DNA of 24,000 nucleotides from Oscillatoriales cyanobacterium USR001 (GTDB lineage Bacteria; Cyanobacteriota; Cyanobacteriia; Cyanobacteriales; Microcoleaceae): NCBI GenBank assembly GCA_001698425.1, contig MBRE01000042.1, positions 13,519 to 37,518 of the forward strand, read 5' to 3'. Shown piece by piece: positions 22,052 to 24,000 of this stretch (position 1 is its first letter; each line of letters starts with the position of its first letter). The notes under the pieces were generated by a model. It saw only the letters and a program-made list of their open reading frames with translations, ran no database searches and was not told where the DNA came from. The position numbers and the translations under genes were made by a program.

Positions 22052-24000
22052 ATGAAATTACGAAGAATTAGATTAAATAGGATTATTTGCATTTTAGCGA
22101 ACTTCTTCACATTTTTTTTCTTGCCTTTAGTGGTTTCTAACTTTGGTATCCAGACTTTTGCTCAAACGGTAGAGGAACGGGAAGCAGAAGCAAACCAACT
22201 ATTTCAGCAAGGGATTAAACAAGCTGAAAATCATCAATTAAAAGAGGCAATACAGTCTTTAGAATCAGCTTTAAAAATTTATCAACAATTTAATAAACGT
22301 CAAGAAGAGGCGAAAATCTTAGTTAATTTAGGTGTTCTTAATATTGCTATTGAGAATATAGAATTAGGGTTAGAATATCTTCAGCGTAGTTTAGCTATTG
22401 CTCAAGAAATTAATGATCCAACTATGGTATCTGTTGCCCAACAAGGACTATCAGCTTTTGAACAATTTAAAAAGCAATTTACTGATCATAAAGCTATTGC
22501 TTTATTAACTAGGGTATTCTTTGGTTATTCAACAACAGAAGAAGCTAAAGGACTAGCAAAAATATTTGATGAGTTATGTGTAGATAATTTTCATCATAGT
22601 CAATTTAAAATTGCTTTACAGCATTGTCAATCTTCCTTAGCTATCTATCAACAAATAGGAGATAAACTTCAAGAAGCAAATGCTCTAACTTCTATTGCGA
22701 CATTTTATTCTATTATGGGAAACAATAATGAGGCTTTACAATTACAGCAACAAGCATTAGCCATTTTTAATAAACTTAATGATGTAAGAGGTCAAATTAT
22801 TGCTCTTAATGGAATAGCAAAAATATATATAGAACAATCTCAATATAATCAGGCCTTAGAATTACTACAACAAGAATTAGAAAAACTGAAACAATTTGAT
22901 AATCCTAAAATAAAAACAATGGTTTTAGGAAATATTGGTTTAGTTTATCAATCCTTAGAGCAATATACTCAAGCATTAGATTATTTTCAACAAGCTTTAA
23001 CAATTGTTAAGCCACTCAATGATTTAGATTTTGAGGGAAAATTGATTAATAATATTGGTAGTGTTTATTTAGAACAACTTAAATATCAAGAAGCCCTAGC
23101 TTTTTTTAAGGAAGGTTTAGTAATTGCTCAAAAACAAAATAATCCTGAAAATCAAGCACAATCATTAGTTAATATTGGTGAAGCCTATCGTCGTTTAGGT
23201 GAATTATCTAAGTCTTTAGATTATTTTCAACAAGCTCTAAAGATAGTGAAACAAATTAATATTCGATTTGATCAAACAACGATTCTTAATAATATAGCGA
23301 TAGTCTATGAAAGCCAAGGAAAATATTTTGAAGCTCTACAAACTCATCAAGAATCGTTAAAAACAGCCCAAGATTTAAATGATTTATCTGGTCAATCTCA
23401 TATTCTTAACAATCTAGGAGTTTTATATGCTGAAATGGGTGAGTGCGATCAAGCATTACAACATTATTTAAATCAATCTTTACAAATTGCGAAAAAGGCG
23501 GGTTTAACATCTTTAGAAATTAAAACTAATATCAATATTAGCCTTTGTTATCGGAGACAAAGAAATTATTCACAGGCATTGGAATCGCTAAATCAAGCCT
23601 TATTTTTAGCAAAAAAAATAGATCGTTTAGATTTAGTATCTCAAACTTTAATTGGTATTAGTGCTATTCAAGAAAGCTTAGGACAATATCCTCAAGCTAT
23701 TGATTCAGCTAAGCAGGCTTTAGAAATTTTAGAAAAAATCAATTCTTTGGAATCAAAAAGTTTAGCATTAGGTATATTGGGAGAGATTTATCAAGCACAA
23801 GGTCAGTATAAAATAGCTTTAAATTATTTAGAACAAGCCTTATCTATTCAGCAAAAAATAGAGTCTAAATCCAACCAAAGTAAAACTTTAAATTACAGGG
23901 GATATAGTTTCTTACAATTAGGTCAGTTAGAAAAAGCCGAATCATCTTTATTGGAAGCAATTCAGATCAGAGAATCTTTGCGTACAGGGTTAACTGATAC
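22052..24000 (+). CDS. exported tetratricopeptide-repeat protein, 3' end outside window (TPR-CHAT type suspected)
   Basis: Not in the ORF track because no stop is reached. I translated the frame by hand from ATG 22052 to 23998 with no stop. The N-terminus is MKLRRIRLNRIICILANFFTFFFLPLVVSNFGIQTFA. More than 12 TPR-like units follow (...YxxALxxxQQALxI...). The last codons, LLEAIQIRESLRTGLTD, resemble the helical lead-in to CHAT domains, but the CHAT domain itself is not visible. Confidence 0.8.
   Translation, partial: MKLRRIRLNRIICILANFFTFFFLPLVVSNFGIQTFAQTVEEREAEANQLFQQGIKQAENHQLKEAIQSLESALKIYQQFNKRQEEAKILVNLGVLNIAIENIELGLEYLQRSLAIAQEINDPTMVSVAQQGLSAFEQFKKQFTDHKAIALLTRVFFGYSTTEEAKGLAKIFDELCVDNFHHSQFKIALQHCQSSLAIYQQIGDKLQEANALTSIATFYSIMGNNNEALQLQQQALAIFNKLNDVRGQIIALNGIAKIYIEQSQYNQALELLQQELEKLKQFDNPKIKTMVLGNIGLVYQSLEQYTQALDYFQQALTIVKPLNDLDFEGKLINNIGSVYLEQLKYQEALAFFKEGLVIAQKQNNPENQAQSLVNIGEAYRRLGELSKSLDYFQQALKIVKQINIRFDQTTILNNIAIVYESQGKYFEALQTHQESLKTAQDLNDLSGQSHILNNLGVLYAEMGECDQALQHYLNQSLQIAKKAGLTSLEIKTNINISLCYRRQRNYSQALESLNQALFLAKKIDRLDLVSQTLIGISAIQESLGQYPQAIDSAKQALEILEKINSLESKSLALGILGEIYQAQGQYKIALNYLEQALSIQQKIESKSNQSKTLNYRGYSFLQLGQLEKAESSLLEAIQIRESLRTGLTD
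22976..23000 (+). repeat. intragenic DNA repeat between TPR units (second copy 23216-23240)
   Basis: ttagattattttcaacaagctttaa versus ttagattattttcaacaagctctaa: 24/25 identical, 240 bp apart (two TPR units). Confidence 0.7.

Noticed and set aside
1-24000. CRISPR arrays, tRNA/rRNA/tmRNA genes, and retron or diversity-generating retroelement components
   Set aside because: I saw no regularly spaced direct repeats of 25-40 nt, no tRNA-like cloverleaf with a GTTCGAATC-type T-arm, no rRNA-like segments and no reverse-transcriptase ORF (no YxDD-containing protein) on either strand.

Overview
This is a cyanobacterial segment. The HIP1 octamer GCGATCGC is frequent, and the cyanobacteria-restricted families DUF1822 and DUF928 are present. 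The left 1.8 kb is core genome: the 3' part of dnaX, translationally coupled to holA. The rest looks like an accessory island with four parts. (1) 2.1-6.4 kb holds small hypothetical genes and an orphan type IV coupling protein (TraD/VirD4-like ATPase). (2) 6.5-10.9 kb holds a two-gene unit: an uncharacterised beta-rich 316-aa protein followed by a 1135-aa CHAT (caspase-fold) protease fused to a NACHT STAND NTPase. (3) 10.9-14.3 kb is an IS graveyard. It contains a frameshifted ISL3 transposase stub, cut by a complete IS4-family element with 16-bp inverted repeats and no target duplication. A 44-codon acidic gene remnant follows, then a tnpB-only IS200/IS605-type element with matching subterminal hairpins. 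(4) 15.7-24.0 kb is a tightly packed co-directional cluster: small ORF, divergent sigma-70-like protein, DUF1822, an N-terminal CHAT-like domain fused to a CHASE2 membrane sensor, exported DUF928, and an exported AT-rich TPR protein that runs off the window. The two best candidates for undescribed systems are the CHAT-NACHT pair and the sigma/DUF1822/CHAT-CHASE2/DUF928/TPR cluster. The second may be a trans-envelope, protease-gated sigma-factor circuit. I found no rRNA, tRNA or CRISPR array. All family calls come from motif recognition by eye, not from database searches.
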